From Escherichia coli (GTDB taxonomy: Bacteria > Pseudomonadota > Gammaproteobacteria > Enterobacterales > Enterobacteriaceae), in assembly GCF_013315695.1 (NCBI RefSeq), contig NZ_CP054353.1: a DNA stretch of 64,000 nt; one strand, given 5' to 3'. Shown here piece by piece: positions 30,501-43,094 of the stretch. Under the pieces are notes generated by a model. It ran no database searches. It worked only from the letters and a program-made list of their open reading frames with translations, and was not told where the DNA came from. The translations under genes and the position numbers were made by a program. Position 1 is the stretch's first letter. Every line of letters starts with the position of its first letter.

Positions 30501-30953
30501 ATGAATAACATACAAATAAGAAACTATCAGCCTGGCGATTTTCAGCAACTATGCGCTATTTTCATTAGAGCGGTTACGATGACCGCCAGTCAGCATTATT
30601 CACCACAACAAATTGCCGCCTGGGCGCAGATTGACGAATCTCGCTGGAAGGAGAAACTCGCGAAATCACAAGTGCGGATTGCAGTCATTAATGCAAAACT
30701 GGTCGGCTTTATTACCTGCGTTGAACACTATATCGATATGTTATTTGTTGACCCTGAGTACACCCGCCGTGGGGTTGCCAGCGCTTTGTTAAAACCTTTG
30801 ATTAAGTCTGAATCCGAACTTACTGTGGACGCCAGCATAACCGCAAAACCCTTTTTTGAACGTTATGGTTTTCAGACAGTTAAGCAGCAGCGCGTTGAAT
30901 GCCGGGGAGCGTGGTTTACTAATTTTTATATGCGATATAAACCGCAACATTAA
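30501..30953 (+). CDS. yafP: GNAT-family N-acetyltransferase YafP
   Basis: 150 aa; GNAT-like core (RRGVASALL). Confidence 0.8.
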   Translation: MNNIQIRNYQPGDFQQLCAIFIRAVTMTASQHYSPQQIAAWAQIDESRWKEKLAKSQVRIAVINAKLVGFITCVEHYIDMLFVDPEYTRRGVASALLKPLIKSESELTVDASITAKPFFERYGFQTVKQQRVECRGAWFTNFYMRYKPQH

Positions 30954-31131
30954 ATCCAGCTTGCAAAGAAAATAACGCCCGCCTAGTATGTGCGCGTTTT
31001 CTTATTCCACAAACTGCAAGGAGGTAAATCATGACAAATCCTTTATCAATGACTCTTTCCAGACCTTTCCAGGATTAATTCTTTTTTTCTTGCCCTGGAT
31101 TCGTCTGCCATTTCCTGATTTTTATTCATAA

Positions 31132-32280
31132 ATGGAATGGTACATGGGCAAATATATTCGTCCCTTATCTGATGCGGTACTTACCATCGCATCTGATGAC
31201 CTGTGGATCGAGAGTTCAGCGATCCAACAATTACACACCACGGCAAATTTACCCGACATGCAACGCGTAGTAGGGATGCCAGATTTACACCCCGGACGCG
31301 GCTATCCGATTGGCGCAGCGTTCTTCTCCGTAGGCCGTTTTTACCCGGCACTGGTCGGCAATGATATCGGCTGCGGTATGGCGCTATGGCAAACAGATAT
31401 TTTCGCGCGCAAATACAACGCCGATAAGTTTGAAAAGCGATTATCTGCGCTGGATGACGTTGCTGAAGAAAGCTGGCTGGAGGAAAACCTGCCGTCAGCG
31501 TTAGCACAGCATCCGTGGCGCAGCTCGCTGGGTTCCATCGGTGGCGGAAACCACTTCGCAGAACTGCAACAAGTTGATCAAATTATCGACGCTGAACTGT
31601 TTGCACTGACAGGTCTGGATGCGCAGCATCTGCAACTGCTGGTTCATAGCGGCTCGCGGGGTTTGGGCCAGTCTATTTTACAGCGGCATATTGCCTCGTT
31701 TTCGCATCATGGTTTGCCTGAAGGCAGTGACGACGCGCTAAGTTATATTGTGGAACATGATGATGCGCTGGCGTTTGCGCGTATTAATCGCCAGATGATC
31801 GCTTTGCGCATAATGCAACAGGTTAAGGCCACCGGAAGTCCTGTTCTGGATGTGGCGCATAACTTTGTTAGCGCCTGTCAAATCGGCGATCAACAGGGCT
31901 GGTTGCATCGTAAAGGTGCCACGCCGGATGACAACGGTCTGGTGATTATTCCCGGTTCACGCGGTGATTACTCCTGGCTGGTTAAACCTGTTGCGAACGA
32001 AAAAACGCTCCACTCGCTGGCGCATGGGGCAGGGCGTAAATGGGGGCGCACCGAGTGTAAAGGGCGTCTGGCAGCGAAATACACGGCGACGCAACTCTCG
32101 CGTACTGAACTTGGCAGTCGGGTAATTTGTCGCGATAAACAACTCATCTTTGAAGAAGCGCCACAAGCCTATAAATCGGCTGAAAGCGTGGTGCAATGTC
32201 TGGTGCAGGCCGGTTTAATTATTCCTGTCGCGCGGCTGCGTCCGGTGCTAACGCTCAAAAACAATGGAGAAAAAGGATGA
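31132..32280 (+). CDS. rtcB2: RtcB-family RNA ligase paralog (RtcB2; intact form of K-12 pseudogene ykfJ)
   Basis: 382 aa; RtcB metal/GTP-site motifs visible ([35 protein letters not shown]); possible start at 31144. Confidence 0.75.
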   Translation: MEWYMGKYIRPLSDAVLTIASDDLWIESSAIQQLHTTANLPDMQRVVGMPDLHPGRGYPIGAAFFSVGRFYPALVGNDIGCGMALWQTDIFARKYNADKFEKRLSALDDVAEESWLEENLPSALAQHPWRSSLGSIGGGNHFAELQQVDQIIDAELFALTGLDAQHLQLLVHSGSRGLGQSILQRHIASFSHHGLPEGSDDALSYIVEHDDALAFARINRQMIALRIMQQVKATGSPVLDVAHNFVSACQIGDQQGWLHRKGATPDDNGLVIIPGSRGDYSWLVKPVANEKTLHSLAHGAGRKWGRTECKGRLAAKYTATQLSRTELGSRVICRDKQLIFEEAPQAYKSAESVVQCLVQAGLIIPVARLRPVLTLKNNGEKG

Positions 32281-32891
32281 TCTTGCTACAACTCTCCTCA
32301 GCTCAGGGGCCGGAAGAATGTTGCCTGGCAGTGAAAAAGGCGCTGGACAGGTTGATTAAAGAAGCTACCCGACAAGACGTCGCGGTAACGGTGCTGGAAA
32401 CAGAAACGGGTCGCTACTCTGACACACTGCGTTCGGCGCTGATTTCTCTGGATGGCGATAACGCATGGGCTCTAAGCGAAAGCTGGTGTGGCACTATCCA
32501 GTGGATTTGTCCGAGTCCGTATCGGCCTCATCATGGGCGCAAAAACTGGTTTCTGGGCATTGGGCGTTTTACCGCTGATGAGCAGGAACAATCCGACGCG
32601 ATCCGTTATGAGACGCTGCGTTCGTCGGGGCCGGGCGGTCAACATGTCAATAATACCGACTCGGCGGTACGCGCCACGCATCTGGCATCCGGTATTAGCG
32701 TGAAGGTTCAGTCAGAGCGCAGTCAGCATGCTAACAAACGGCTGGCGCGATTACTGATTGCCTGGAAGCTGGAACAACAGCAACAGGAAAATAGCGCGGC
32801 GCTGAAATCGCAGCGGCGAATGTTCCATCACCAGATTGAACGTGGCAACCCGAGACGGACATTTACAGGGATGGCTTTTATCGAAGGATAA
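32277..32891 (+). CDS. prfH: Peptide chain release factor homolog PrfH
   Basis: 204 aa from ATG at 32277 (ATGA overlap with the rtcB2 stop); GGQ motif SGPGGQHVN. Confidence 0.8.
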   Translation: MILLQLSSAQGPEECCLAVKKALDRLIKEATRQDVAVTVLETETGRYSDTLRSALISLDGDNAWALSESWCGTIQWICPSPYRPHHGRKNWFLGIGRFTADEQEQSDAIRYETLRSSGPGGQHVNNTDSAVRATHLASGISVKVQSERSQHANKRLARLLIAWKLEQQQQENSAALKSQRRMFHHQIERGNPRRTFTGMAFIEG

Positions 32892-32947
32892 TGAAGGATG
32901 AAACTGCCGGAAGGCGATTAAACGCCATCCGGCAGCAAATCAAATAA

Positions 32948-34405
32948 TTACTTCGCCGGAATTTCTTTCAGCAGTTCAGTCAGCAGTGTCCAGTAATGAC
33001 CTACGCTTTCGATATGAACTTGCTCATCCGGAGAGTGTGGACCGGTAATGGTTGGCCCGATAGAAACCATGTCCATTTCCGGATACGGTTTTTTGAACAG
33101 ACCACATTCCAGGCCCGCGTGAATAATCTGGATGTTCGGCGTCTTGTTGAACAGGCGCTGATAGGTTTCACGTACCAGATGCATCACCGGAGAATTAGCG
33201 TCCGGCTGCCAGCCAGGATATGCGCCTTTCGCTTCGGTTTTCGCGCCAGCCAGTTTACCCAGAGAATCCAGCATGCTCACCACGTAGTCTTTACCGCTGT
33301 CGATCAGAGAACGGATCAGGCAGTGAATTTCTACGTTATTGTCAGTCATGGTCACCACACCCACGTTCAGGGAGGTTTCGACCACGCCTTTTGCCACGTC
33401 GGAGTTGCGGATCACACCGTTCGGGGTGGCGTTCAGCAGACGAATAAAGGTATCGCGAGATTTCGCAATCAGGGCAGCTTTATCGTTCGCAACAGAGTCC
33501 AGCAGCAATGCCAGATTTTTCTCTTTCTCTGCCAGCTCGTTTTTCAGGATCTCCTGATAGGTATTCACCAGAGATTTCAGTGCGTCGACTTTATCAGCTG
33601 CGACAGCAATCGTCGCAAAGGCTTCACGCGGGATGGCGTTACGCAGTGTGCCACCGTTGAAATCGATAAGGCGCAGGTCCAGCTCTTCCGCATGACCCGC
33701 CAGGAAGCGCACCAGCAGTTTGTTGGCATTACCCAGGCCAACGTGGATTTCACCGCCGGAGTGACCGCCTTTCAGACCTTTTAAGGTTAACTTGAAGGTT
33801 TCAAAACCAGCTGGAACCGCTTCACGATCTAAATGCAGGTTGGAGGTGAAGTCGATACCCCCCGCACAACCCATGTAGATTTCACCTTCTTCTTCGGAGT
33901 CGGTGTTAATCAGAATATCAGCCTGCAACCAGTTGCTCTGTAAGCCAAAAGCACCGTCCATACCGGCTTCTTCGGTCATGGTCAGCAGCACTTCCAGCGG
34001 GCCGTGAACCACGTTTTCGTCAGCCAGAACCGCCAGTGCAGAGGCCATACCAATGCCGTTATCCGCACCCAGCGTGGTGCCGCGCGCTTTAACCCATTCG
34101 CCATCAATATAAGGCTGGATAGGATCTTTCGTGAAGTCATGCACGGTGTCGTTATTTTTCTGCGGCACCATATCGAGGTGGGCCTGCAAGACGACCGGTT
34201 TACGATTTTCCATACCTGCGGTGGCAGGTTTACGAATCAGGATATTACCCACCTGATCGCGTTCGACATGGAAACCTTTCTCTTTTGCCCAACCAACAAT
34301 GTATTCAGCGAGTTGCTCTTCATGATAGGACGGGTGAGGAATAGAACAGATTTTGGCAAAAATATCCCACAGCGGCTGTGGAGATAATTGAGACAGTTCA
34401 GACAC
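32948..34405 (-). CDS. pepD: Cytosol nonspecific dipeptidase (aminoacyl-histidine dipeptidase)
   Basis: 485 aa M20-family metallopeptidase; conserved backbone gene. Confidence 0.95.
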   Translation of the reverse strand: MSELSQLSPQPLWDIFAKICSIPHPSYHEEQLAEYIVGWAKEKGFHVERDQVGNILIRKPATAGMENRKPVVLQAHLDMVPQKNNDTVHDFTKDPIQPYIDGEWVKARGTTLGADNGIGMASALAVLADENVVHGPLEVLLTMTEEAGMDGAFGLQSNWLQADILINTDSEEEGEIYMGCAGGIDFTSNLHLDREAVPAGFETFKLTLKGLKGGHSGGEIHVGLGNANKLLVRFLAGHAEELDLRLIDFNGGTLRNAIPREAFATIAVAADKVDALKSLVNTYQEILKNELAEKEKNLALLLDSVANDKAALIAKSRDTFIRLLNATPNGVIRNSDVAKGVVETSLNVGVVTMTDNNVEIHCLIRSLIDSGKDYVVSMLDSLGKLAGAKTEAKGAYPGWQPDANSPVMHLVRETYQRLFNKTPNIQIIHAGLECGLFKKPYPEMDMVSIGPTITGPHSPDEQVHIESVGHYWTLLTELLKEIPAK

Positions 34406-34665
34406 GTTAAGTCTCCTTGTCGATCACCCGCAAAACAGTATTGCAGGTCACAGGGTTAGCAGAAAATGTTGTCAACACAAGACAGGCTTGCGAGATATGT
34501 TTGAGAATACCACTTTATCCCGCGTCAGGGAGAGGCAGTGCGTAAAAAGACGCGGACTCATGTGAAATACTGGTTTTTAGTGCGCCAGATCTCTATAATC
34601 TCGCGCAACCTATTTTCCCCTCGAACACTTTTTAAGCCGTAGATAAACAGGCTGGGACACTTCAC

Positions 34666-35124
34666 ATGAGCGAAAAATACATCGTCACCTGGGACATGTT
34701 GCAGATCCATGCACGTAAACTCGCAAGCCGACTGATGCCTTCTGAACAATGGAAAGGCATTATTGCCGTAAGCCGTGGCGGTCTGGTACCGGGTGCGTTA
34801 CTGGCGCGTGAACTGGGTATTCGTCATGTCGATACCGTTTGTATTTCCAGCTACGATCACGACAACCAGCGCGAGCTTAAAGTGCTGAAACGCGCAGAAG
34901 GCGATGGCGAAGGCTTCATCGTTATTGATGACCTGGTGGATACCGGTGGTACTGCGGTTGCGATTCGTGAAATGTATCCAAAAGCGCACTTTGTCACCAT
35001 CTTCGCAAAACCGGCTGGTCGTCCGCTGGTTGATGACTATGTTGTTGATATCCCGCAAGATACCTGGATTGAACAGCCGTGGGATATGGGCGTCGTATTC
35101 GTCCCGCCAATCTCCGGTCGCTAA
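34666..35124 (+). CDS. gpt: Xanthine-guanine phosphoribosyltransferase
   Basis: 152 aa; PRPP-binding motif [11 protein letters not shown]. Confidence 0.95.
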
Positions 35125-35215
35125 TCTTTTCAACGCCTGGCACTGCCGGGCGTTGTTCTTTTTAACTTCAGGCGGGTTACAATAGTTTCCAGTAAGTATT
35201 CTGGAGGCTGCATCC

Positions 35216-36460
35216 ATGACACAGGCAAACCTGAGCGAAACCCTGTTCAAACCCCGCTTTAAACATCCTGAAACCTCGACGCTAGTCCGCCGCTTTAATC
35301 ACGGCGCACAACCGCCTGTGCAGTCGGCCCTTGATGGTAAAACCATCCCTCACTGGTATCGCATGATTAACCGTCTGATGTGGATCTGGCGCGGCATTGA
35401 CCCACGTGAAATCCTCGACGTCCAGGCGCGTATTGTGATGAGCGATGCCGAACGTACCGACGATGATTTATACGATACGGTGATTGGCTACCGCGGCGGC
35501 AACTGGATTTATGAGTGGGCTACCCAGGCGATGGTGTGGCAACAAAAAGCCTGTGCGGAAGAAGATCCGCAACTCAGCGGTCGACACTGGCTGCATGCGG
35601 CTACGTTGTACAACATTGCTGCCTATCCTCATCTGAAAGGAGATGACCTGGCCGAGCAAGCGCAGGCTTTGTCAAACCGCGCCTATGAAGAGGCCGCTCA
35701 GCGTCTGCCGGGCACGATGCGGCAGATGGAGTTTACCGTACCCGGCGGTGCGCCCATCACCGGCTTTTTGCATATGCCGAAAGGTGATGGCCCGTTCCCG
35801 ACAGTATTAATGTGTGGTGGTCTGGATGCGATGCAGACGGACTATTACAGCCTGTATGAACGTTATTTTGCGCCGCGCGGCATTGCGATGCTGACTATTG
35901 ATATGCCGTCGGTGGGCTTTTCTTCAAAATGGAAGCTCACCCAGGACTCCAGCCTGTTGCATCAGCACGTCTTAAAGGCGCTGCCTAACGTACCGTGGGT
36001 AGATCACACTCGCGTCGCGGCCTTTGGTTTCCGTTTCGGCGCTAACGTTGCCGTGCGTCTGGCATACCTTGAATCGCCGCGTCTGAAAGCGGTTGCCTGT
36101 CTTGGTCCGGTAGTTCATACCCTGTTGAGTGATTTTAAGTGCCAGCAACAGGTGCCGGAAATGTATCTTGACGTTCTGGCGAGCCGTTTGGGGATGCATG
36201 ATGCTTCCGACGAAGCGTTGCGCGTGGAGCTGAATCGCTATTCATTAAAAGTGCAAGGATTGCTGGGACGTCGCTGCCCAACGCCAATGTTATCAGGCTA
36301 CTGGAAGAACGATCCGTTCAGCCCGGAAGAGGACTCACGCTTAATCACCTCATCATCTGCTGACGGTAAATTGTTAGAGATCCCATTTAACCCGGTGTAT
36401 CGGAATTTTGACAAAGGTCTTCAGGAAATCACCGACTGGATCGAAAAACGATTGTGTTAA
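35216..36460 (+). CDS. frsA: Esterase FrsA (fermentation/respiration switch protein)
   Basis: 414 aa alpha/beta hydrolase-type protein in the conserved gpt-frsA-crl order. Confidence 0.9.
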
Positions 36461-36919
<459 letters not shown>

Positions 36920-36957
36920 GTGAAATGTGCCGGATGCATCACATCCGGCAATATCCA

Positions 36958-38013
36958 TTAAAACTGATAGGTCATGCCAACCGCGACAATATCATCATTA
37001 TTGATGTTCAGCTTATTATCGCTATCCAGTTGGTTTATTTTATAATCAACAAATGCCGACATATTTTTGTTGAAATAATACGTAGCACCAACATCGATAT
37101 AATTGACCAGATCTTCATCACCGATGCCTTCAATATCTTTCCCTTTCGATAAGACATAACCCAGCGACGGACGCAGACCAAAGTCAAACTGGTATTGGGC
37201 GACCGCTTCAAAGTTCTGTGTCTTATTGGCAAAGCCGCCAGTTATTGGCGTCATTTTGCGTGTTTCAGAATAGAAAGTTGCCAGATAAATATTATTGGCA
37301 TCGTATTTCAGACCTGTTGCCCATGCTTCTGCACGCTTGCCTGTGCCACGGCTTTGCAGGTTCTGCTCGTTGGTGCGATCAGAGTTGGTATAGGCTCCAC
37401 TGATGGCGAAATCGCTGCCACCAAAGTCATATGTCAATGACGTGCCGAAGCCATCGCCGTTTTGCTTTTTAACGTCGCGGTTTTCGTTTTTCCCTTGATA
37501 TTGCAGGGTTAAGTTCAGACCATCGATAACGCCGAAGAAGTCGGTGTTCCTATACGTCGCCAGACCGCTGGCACGTTTGGTCATAAAGTTGTCGGTCTGT
37601 GCGGAGGAGTCGCCACCAAACTCCGGGAACATATCGGTCCAGGCTTCCACGTCATACAGCGCGCCCAGGTTACGACCATAATCGAAAGAACCCAAATCTT
37701 TATATTTCAACCCGGCAAAAGCGAGACGCGTTTTTTGCTGTGCAGTATCACTCTCCGCTTTATTACCGGCAAACTCTGCTTCCCACCGACCATAACCCGT
37801 CAGTTGATCGTTAATTTGTGTTTCGCCTTTAAAACCAAAACGGATATAACTTTGGTCGCCATCTTTACTGTCATTATCGCTCATATAATGCATGGCTTTA
37901 ACTTTGCCATAGACATCCAGTTTATTACCGTCTTTGTTATATATTTCTGCGGCCTGTACGGATGCCGATGCCACAATGCCCATCACCACTAATGCCAGAG
38001 TGCTCTTTTTCAT
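36958..38013 (-). CDS. phoE: Outer membrane phosphoporin PhoE
   Basis: Porin with signal peptide [21 protein letters not shown] and C-terminal ...GMTYQF; second Met taken as the start. Confidence 0.95.
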   Translation of the reverse strand: MKKSTLALVVMGIVASASVQAAEIYNKDGNKLDVYGKVKAMHYMSDNDSKDGDQSYIRFGFKGETQINDQLTGYGRWEAEFAGNKAESDTAQQKTRLAFAGLKYKDLGSFDYGRNLGALYDVEAWTDMFPEFGGDSSAQTDNFMTKRASGLATYRNTDFFGVIDGLNLTLQYQGKNENRDVKKQNGDGFGTSLTYDFGGSDFAISGAYTNSDRTNEQNLQSRGTGKRAEAWATGLKYDANNIYLATFYSETRKMTPITGGFANKTQNFEAVAQYQFDFGLRPSLGYVLSKGKDIEGIGDEDLVNYIDVGATYYFNKNMSAFVDYKINQLDSDNKLNINNDDIVAVGMTYQF

Positions 38014-38093
38014 TTTCATTCCTGATTTTAATTAACGCGCGAATATTCAGCGGGAGAGCCCCGTTGAAAACAGGAAAGTTTTTAACCTGAGAT

Positions 38094-38112
38094 TGTTAAA
38101 GATATATTACAG
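38094..38112 (-). promoter_or_regulatory. Pho box (PhoB binding site) in the phoE promoter
   Basis: Minus-strand CTGTAATATATCTTTAACA matches the Pho box consensus, about 80 nt upstream of the phoE start. Confidence 0.55.
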
Positions 38113-38300
38113 ATTAATGATATTCTTAAAATGTGGTAATTTATTAAATCTGTAATAAAAGCGTAAACAACTGCCGCTACGCTTGCTGATCCCGCGCAAC
38201 AAAACGCCATGCTTTGCTTGCAGATGGTTGGCAACCGACGACAGTCCTGCTAAAACGTTCGTTTGATATCATTTTTCCTAAAATTGAATGGCAGAGAATC

Positions 38301-39404
38301 ATGAGTGACAGCCAGACGCTGGTGGTAAAACTCGGCACCAGTGTGCTAACAGGCGGATCGCGCCGCCTGAACCGTGCCCATATCGTTGAACTTGTTCGCC
38401 AGTGCGCGCAGTTACATGCCGCCGGGCATCGGATTGTTATTGTGACGTCGGGCGCGATCGCCGCCGGACGTGAGCACCTGGGTTACCCGGAACTGCCAGC
38501 GACTATCGCCTCGAAACAACTGCTGGCGGCGGTAGGGCAGAGTCGACTGATTCAACTGTGGGAACAGCTGTTTTCGATTTATGGCATTCACGTCGGGCAA
38601 ATGCTGCTGACCCGTGCTGATATGGAAGATCGTGAACGCTTCCTGAACGCCCGCGACACCCTGCGTGCGTTGCTCGATAACAATATCGTTCCGGTAATCA
38701 ATGAGAACGATGCTGTTGCTACGGCAGAGATTAAGGTCGGCGATAACGACAATCTTTCTGCGCTGGCGGCGATTCTGGCGGGTGCCGATAAACTGTTGCT
38801 GCTGACCGATCAAAAAGGTTTGTATACCGCTGACCCGCGCAGCAATCCGCAGGCAGAACTGATTAAAGATGTTTACGGCATTGATGACGCACTGCGCGCG
38901 ATTGCCGGTGACAGCGTTTCAGGCCTCGGAACTGGCGGCATGAGTACCAAATTGCAGGCCGCAGACGTGGCTTGCCGTGCGGGTATCGACACCATTATTG
39001 CCGCGGGCAGCAAGCCGGGCGTTATTGGTGATGTGATGGAAGGCATCTCCGTCGGTACGTTGTTCCATGCCCAGGCGACTCCGCTTGAAAACCGCAAACG
39101 CTGGATTTTCGGTGCGCCGCCGGCGGGGGAAATCACGGTAGATGAAGGGGCAACCGCCGCCATTCTTGAACGCGGCAGCTCCCTGTTGCCGAAAGGCATT
39201 AAAAGCGTGACTGGCAACTTCTCGCGTGGTGAAGTCATCCGCATTTGCAACCTCGAAGGTCGCGATATCGCCCACGGCGTCAGTCGTTACAACAGCGATG
39301 CATTACGCCGTATTGCCGGACACCACTCGCAAGAAATTGATGCAATACTGGGATATGAATACGGCCCGGTTGCCGTTCACCGTGATGACATGATTACCCG
39401 TTAA
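38301..39404 (+). CDS. proB: Glutamate 5-kinase
   Basis: 367 aa from ATG at 38301; amino-acid kinase domain plus C-terminal PUA domain. Confidence 0.95.
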
Positions 39405-39415
39405 GGAGCTGGCCG

Positions 39416-40669
39416 ATGCTGGAACAAATGGGCATTGCCGCGAAGCAAGCCTCTTATAAATTAGCGCAACTCTCCAGCCGCGAAAAAAATCGTGTGCTGG
39501 AAAAAATCGCCGATGAACTGGAAGCACAAAGCGAAATCATCCTCAACGCTAACGCCCAGGATGTTGCTGACGCGCGTGCCAATGGCCTTAGCGAAGCGAT
39601 GCTTGACCGTCTGGCACTGACGCCCGCACGGCTGAAAGGCATTGCCGACGATGTGCGCCAGGTGTGCAATCTCGCCGATCCGGTGGGGCGGGTAATCGAT
39701 GGCGGCGTACTGGACAGTGGCCTGCGTCTGGAGCGTCGTCGCGTACCGCTGGGGGTTATTGGCGTGATTTATGAAGCGCGCCCGAACGTGACGGTTGATG
39801 TCGCTTCGCTGTGCCTGAAAACAGGTAACGCAGTGATCCTGCGCGGCGGCAAAGAAACCTGTCGCACTAACGCTGCAACGGTAGCGGTGATTCAGGACGC
39901 CCTGAAATCCTGCGATTTACCGGCAGGCGCAGTACAGGCGATTGATAATCCTGACCGCGCGCTGGTCAGTGAAATGCTGCGTATGGATAAATACATCGAC
40001 ATGCTGATCCCGCGCGGCGGGGCTGGTTTGCATAAACTGTGCCGCGAACAGTCGACAATCCCGGTGATCACTGGTGGTATAGGCGTATGCCATATTTACG
40101 TTGATGAAAGCGCAGAGATCGCTGAAGCATTAAAAGTGATCGTCAACGCGAAAACTCAGCGACCGAGCACATGTAATACGGTAGAAACCTTGCTGGTAAA
40201 TAAAAACATCGCCGATAGCTTCCTGTCCGCATTAAGCAAGCAAATGGCGGAAAGCGGCGTGACGTTACACGCAGATGCTGCTGCGCTGGCGCAGTTGCAG
40301 ACAGGCCCCGCGAAGGTGGTGGCGGTTAAAGCCGAAGAGTATGACGATGAGTTTCTGTCATTAGATTTGAACGTCAAAATCGTCAGCGATCTTGACGATG
40401 CCATCGCCCATATTCGTGAACACGGCACGCAACACTCCGATGCGATCCTGACCCGCGATATGCGCAACGCCCAGCGTTTTGTTAACGAAGTGGATTCGTC
40501 CGCTGTTTACGTTAACGCCTCTACGCGTTTTACCGACGGCGGCCAGTTTGGTCTGGGAGCGGAAGTGGCGGTAAGCACACAAAAACTCCACGCGCGTGGC
40601 CCGATGGGCCTGGAAGCACTGACCACTTACAAGTGGATCGGCATCGGTGATTACACCATTCGTGCGTAA
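39416..40669 (+). CDS. proA: Gamma-glutamyl phosphate reductase
   Basis: 417 aa aldehyde-dehydrogenase-family protein directly after proB. Confidence 0.95.
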   Translation: MLEQMGIAAKQASYKLAQLSSREKNRVLEKIADELEAQSEIILNANAQDVADARANGLSEAMLDRLALTPARLKGIADDVRQVCNLADPVGRVIDGGVLDSGLRLERRRVPLGVIGVIYEARPNVTVDVASLCLKTGNAVILRGGKETCRTNAATVAVIQDALKSCDLPAGAVQAIDNPDRALVSEMLRMDKYIDMLIPRGGAGLHKLCREQSTIPVITGGIGVCHIYVDESAEIAEALKVIVNAKTQRPSTCNTVETLLVNKNIADSFLSALSKQMAESGVTLHADAAALAQLQTGPAKVVAVKAEEYDDEFLSLDLNVKIVSDLDDAIAHIREHGTQHSDAILTRDMRNAQRFVNEVDSSAVYVNASTRFTDGGQFGLGAEVAVSTQKLHARGPMGLEALTTYKWIGIGDYTIRA

Positions 40670-40783
40670 ATAAAACCGGGTGATGCAAAAGTAGCCATTT
40701 GATTCACAAGGCCATTGACGCATCGCCCGGTTAGTTTTAACCTTGTCCACCGTGATTCACGTTCGTGAACATGTCCTTTCAGG

Positions 40784-40859
40784 GCCGATATAGCTCAGTT
40801 GGTAGAGCAGCGCATTCGTAATGCGAAGGTCGTAGGTTCGACTCCTATTATCGGCACCA
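40784..40859 (+). tRNA. thrW: tRNA-Thr (anticodon CGU), thrW-like
   Basis: 76-nt GCCGATATAGCTCAGTTGGTAGAGCAGCGCATTCGTAATGCGAAGGTCGTAGGTTCGACTCCTATTATCGGCACCA; cloverleaf arms, CGT anticodon, encoded CCA. Confidence 0.9.
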
Positions 40860-41024
40860 TTCAAACATCTCCCCAAGTCTACTAAAGTCTTTCAAAACCC
40901 CTTATAATCCGCGTATTAAAGCCCCGTTCGTCTTTTGACGTCTACTAAAGTCCCTCAAAATCTACGGTCAGATGGGGGTACTTATGGGGGTATTTGCTGT
41001 TCGGTTTAGTGGAGGTACCCCCAA

Positions 41025-42239
41025 GTGAAACTCAATGCCCGTCAAATAGACACAGCCAAGCCAAAAGAGAAGGCTTACAAGCTGGCCGATGGTGGCGGTT
41101 TGTATCTCTTGGTAAAACCTAATGGAGGTAAATACTGGCGACTTAAATATCGTGTAGCTGGTAAAGAGAAGCTATTGGCACTAGGTGTTTATCCTGAGGT
41201 TACTCTAGCCGATGCTCGGGCAAAACGTGAAGATGCGAAAAGAGGTATCGCTGGTGGTATCGAACCGATGGAAGCGAAACGAGAGGAAAAGATTGCCCGG
41301 GAAACGCAGTTAAACAACACCTTCAAAGATATTGCCCTTGAGTGGCACAGCAGCAAATTAAAAAAATGGTCTGCTGGTTATGCTTCAGACATCCTCGAAG
41401 CCTTCAACAAAGATGTGTTCCCTTACATTGGCAAAAAACCCATCGCCGAAATCAAACCACTTGAACTTCTGAATGTGCTGCGTCGCATCGAGGGGCGCGG
41501 TGCTACAGAAAAAGCCAAAAAAGTGAGGCAACGGTGCGGGGAAGTTTTCCGCTATGCAATAGTCACTGGTCGCGCAGAGTATAACCCTGCACCAGACCTT
41601 ACTAGCGCGATGCAAGGCCATGAATCTAATCATTACCCTTTCCTTACAGCCAAAGAATTACCTGATTTTTTCAAGGCATTGTCCAGTTACTCAGGAAGCG
41701 CATTGGTTGTTATGGCGGCTCGTCTACTGATTATCACCGGCTTGCGGACTGGCGAACTACGTGGCGCATTATGGGATGAAATTGATTTCAACAAGGCTAT
41801 CTGGGAGATACCCGCTTCACGTATGAAAATGCGGCGGCCTCATATTGTGCCATTGTCTGAGCAGGCTCTTTCGCTTATTGGGAAGATTAGAGAAATAACA
41901 GGCAATTACCCTCTTATGTTTCCCGGGCGCAATGATCCAAGGAAAACAATGAGCGAGGCCAGCATAAACCAAGTGTTTAAGCGCATTGGCTACGCTGGAC
42001 GTGTAACTGGTCATGGGTTCCGGCACACTATGAGTACGATTTTGCATGAGCAGGGCTATAACACTGCGTGGATAGAAACGCAGCTCGCTCACGTTGATAA
42101 GAACTCAATTCGTGGCACATACAACCATGCGCAATATCTGGATGGAAGGCGGGAGATGCTTCAATGGTATGCCGACTATATGGATTCTCTCGAGCATGGC
42201 GGAAATGTGGTGCATATGGTGTTTGAAAAACACGCATGA
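41025..42239 (+). CDS. int: Tyrosine site-specific integrase (P4-type)
   Basis: 404 aa, GTG start with GGAGG SD; N-terminal arm-binding-type region (GGGLYLLVKPNGGKYWRLKYR) and C-terminal catalytic R-H-R-Y region (HGFRHT ... RGTYNHAQY). Confidence 0.85.
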   Translation: MKLNARQIDTAKPKEKAYKLADGGGLYLLVKPNGGKYWRLKYRVAGKEKLLALGVYPEVTLADARAKREDAKRGIAGGIEPMEAKREEKIARETQLNNTFKDIALEWHSSKLKKWSAGYASDILEAFNKDVFPYIGKKPIAEIKPLELLNVLRRIEGRGATEKAKKVRQRCGEVFRYAIVTGRAEYNPAPDLTSAMQGHESNHYPFLTAKELPDFFKALSSYSGSALVVMAARLLIITGLRTGELRGALWDEIDFNKAIWEIPASRMKMRRPHIVPLSEQALSLIGKIREITGNYPLMFPGRNDPRKTMSEASINQVFKRIGYAGRVTGHGFRHTMSTILHEQGYNTAWIETQLAHVDKNSIRGTYNHAQYLDGRREMLQWYADYMDSLEHGGNVVHMVFEKHA

Positions 42240-42890
42240 AACAACTGGACAAGTATACAGAGGTTTACTAAAGTATAAGGGAGTAGATTGATAAAAACTC
42301 ACAGAGGATTGCTATTTAACAGTTAGCCATGGAGAAGGGCAATCGCTCTTTTAACAACGAAGATGGAATCTTCTACGCAGCTGAAAAGCTGGATGCTCTT
42401 TAACAGCCTTTGGTGCTTTTCTGATGCAGGAAAGAATAGGGATACATGCACCTTTACAATGCATGTAATGATTCATCCATGAGGCTGCGGAGCGCTGACA
42501 AAGCGCAATTGCTCTTTAACATTGATGTGGGCGGGATGGTTCGTCCCGCAGTGACCGATAGATTTCTATCGGGAAACATACAATGATTCAAATATGAATC
42601 TACGGCGCTGACAAAGCGCAATTGCTCTCTTGCCTGCCCACCATGCCCTGAAAAAGGGCGTTCTTTAAAACTACTGGATGTCACGCCTAATAGCGTGATC
42701 CTGCCGAAATGCAGGGTAGCTCTACCCTTGTGGAGCAAACAAACCAAAACAATCTGACTATCTTTTATAAAAGACCGCAATATGTTTTTCATATTGTGGT
42801 CTTTGGCGTATTCGACATTTGACGCAAATAAAACTCTCGCCATTCGTTGCAGGAGGGGGTTATTGCGTCATTAGTACAGGATATTAATAA

Positions 42891-43094
42891 ATGGCTAATT
42901 ACAATTCATTAATTCGTCTCTCTGAAGTTCAAAGGCGAACTGGTTATAGCAAAGCATGGATTTATCGTCTTATTAGTCAGGGGAGGTTCCCTAAACAGGT
43001 AAAAATTGGAAGTCGGGCAATTGCTTTTGTTGAGTCTGAAATAGATGAATGGATTGAGAAGTGTATATTAGAATCTAGAGACGAGGTGGCCTGA
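42891..43094 (+). CDS. alpA: AlpA-family phage transcriptional regulator / excisionase-like protein
   Basis: 67 aa; AlpA signature RLSEVQRRTGYSKAWIYRLISQGRFPKQVKIGSRAIAFVESEIDEWI. Confidence 0.8.
   Translation: MANYNSLIRLSEVQRRTGYSKAWIYRLISQGRFPKQVKIGSRAIAFVESEIDEWIEKCILESRDEVA

Noticed and set aside
37035-37992. Small ORFs within or antisense to phoE
   Set aside because: phoE is a highly conserved porin gene occupying this interval; the overlapping frames are artefacts.
42454-42843. 129-aa minus-strand ORF in the int-alpA intergenic region
   Set aside because: It has no ribosome-binding site, spans the duplicated operator-like repeats and has odd composition; the region is more likely regulatory DNA.
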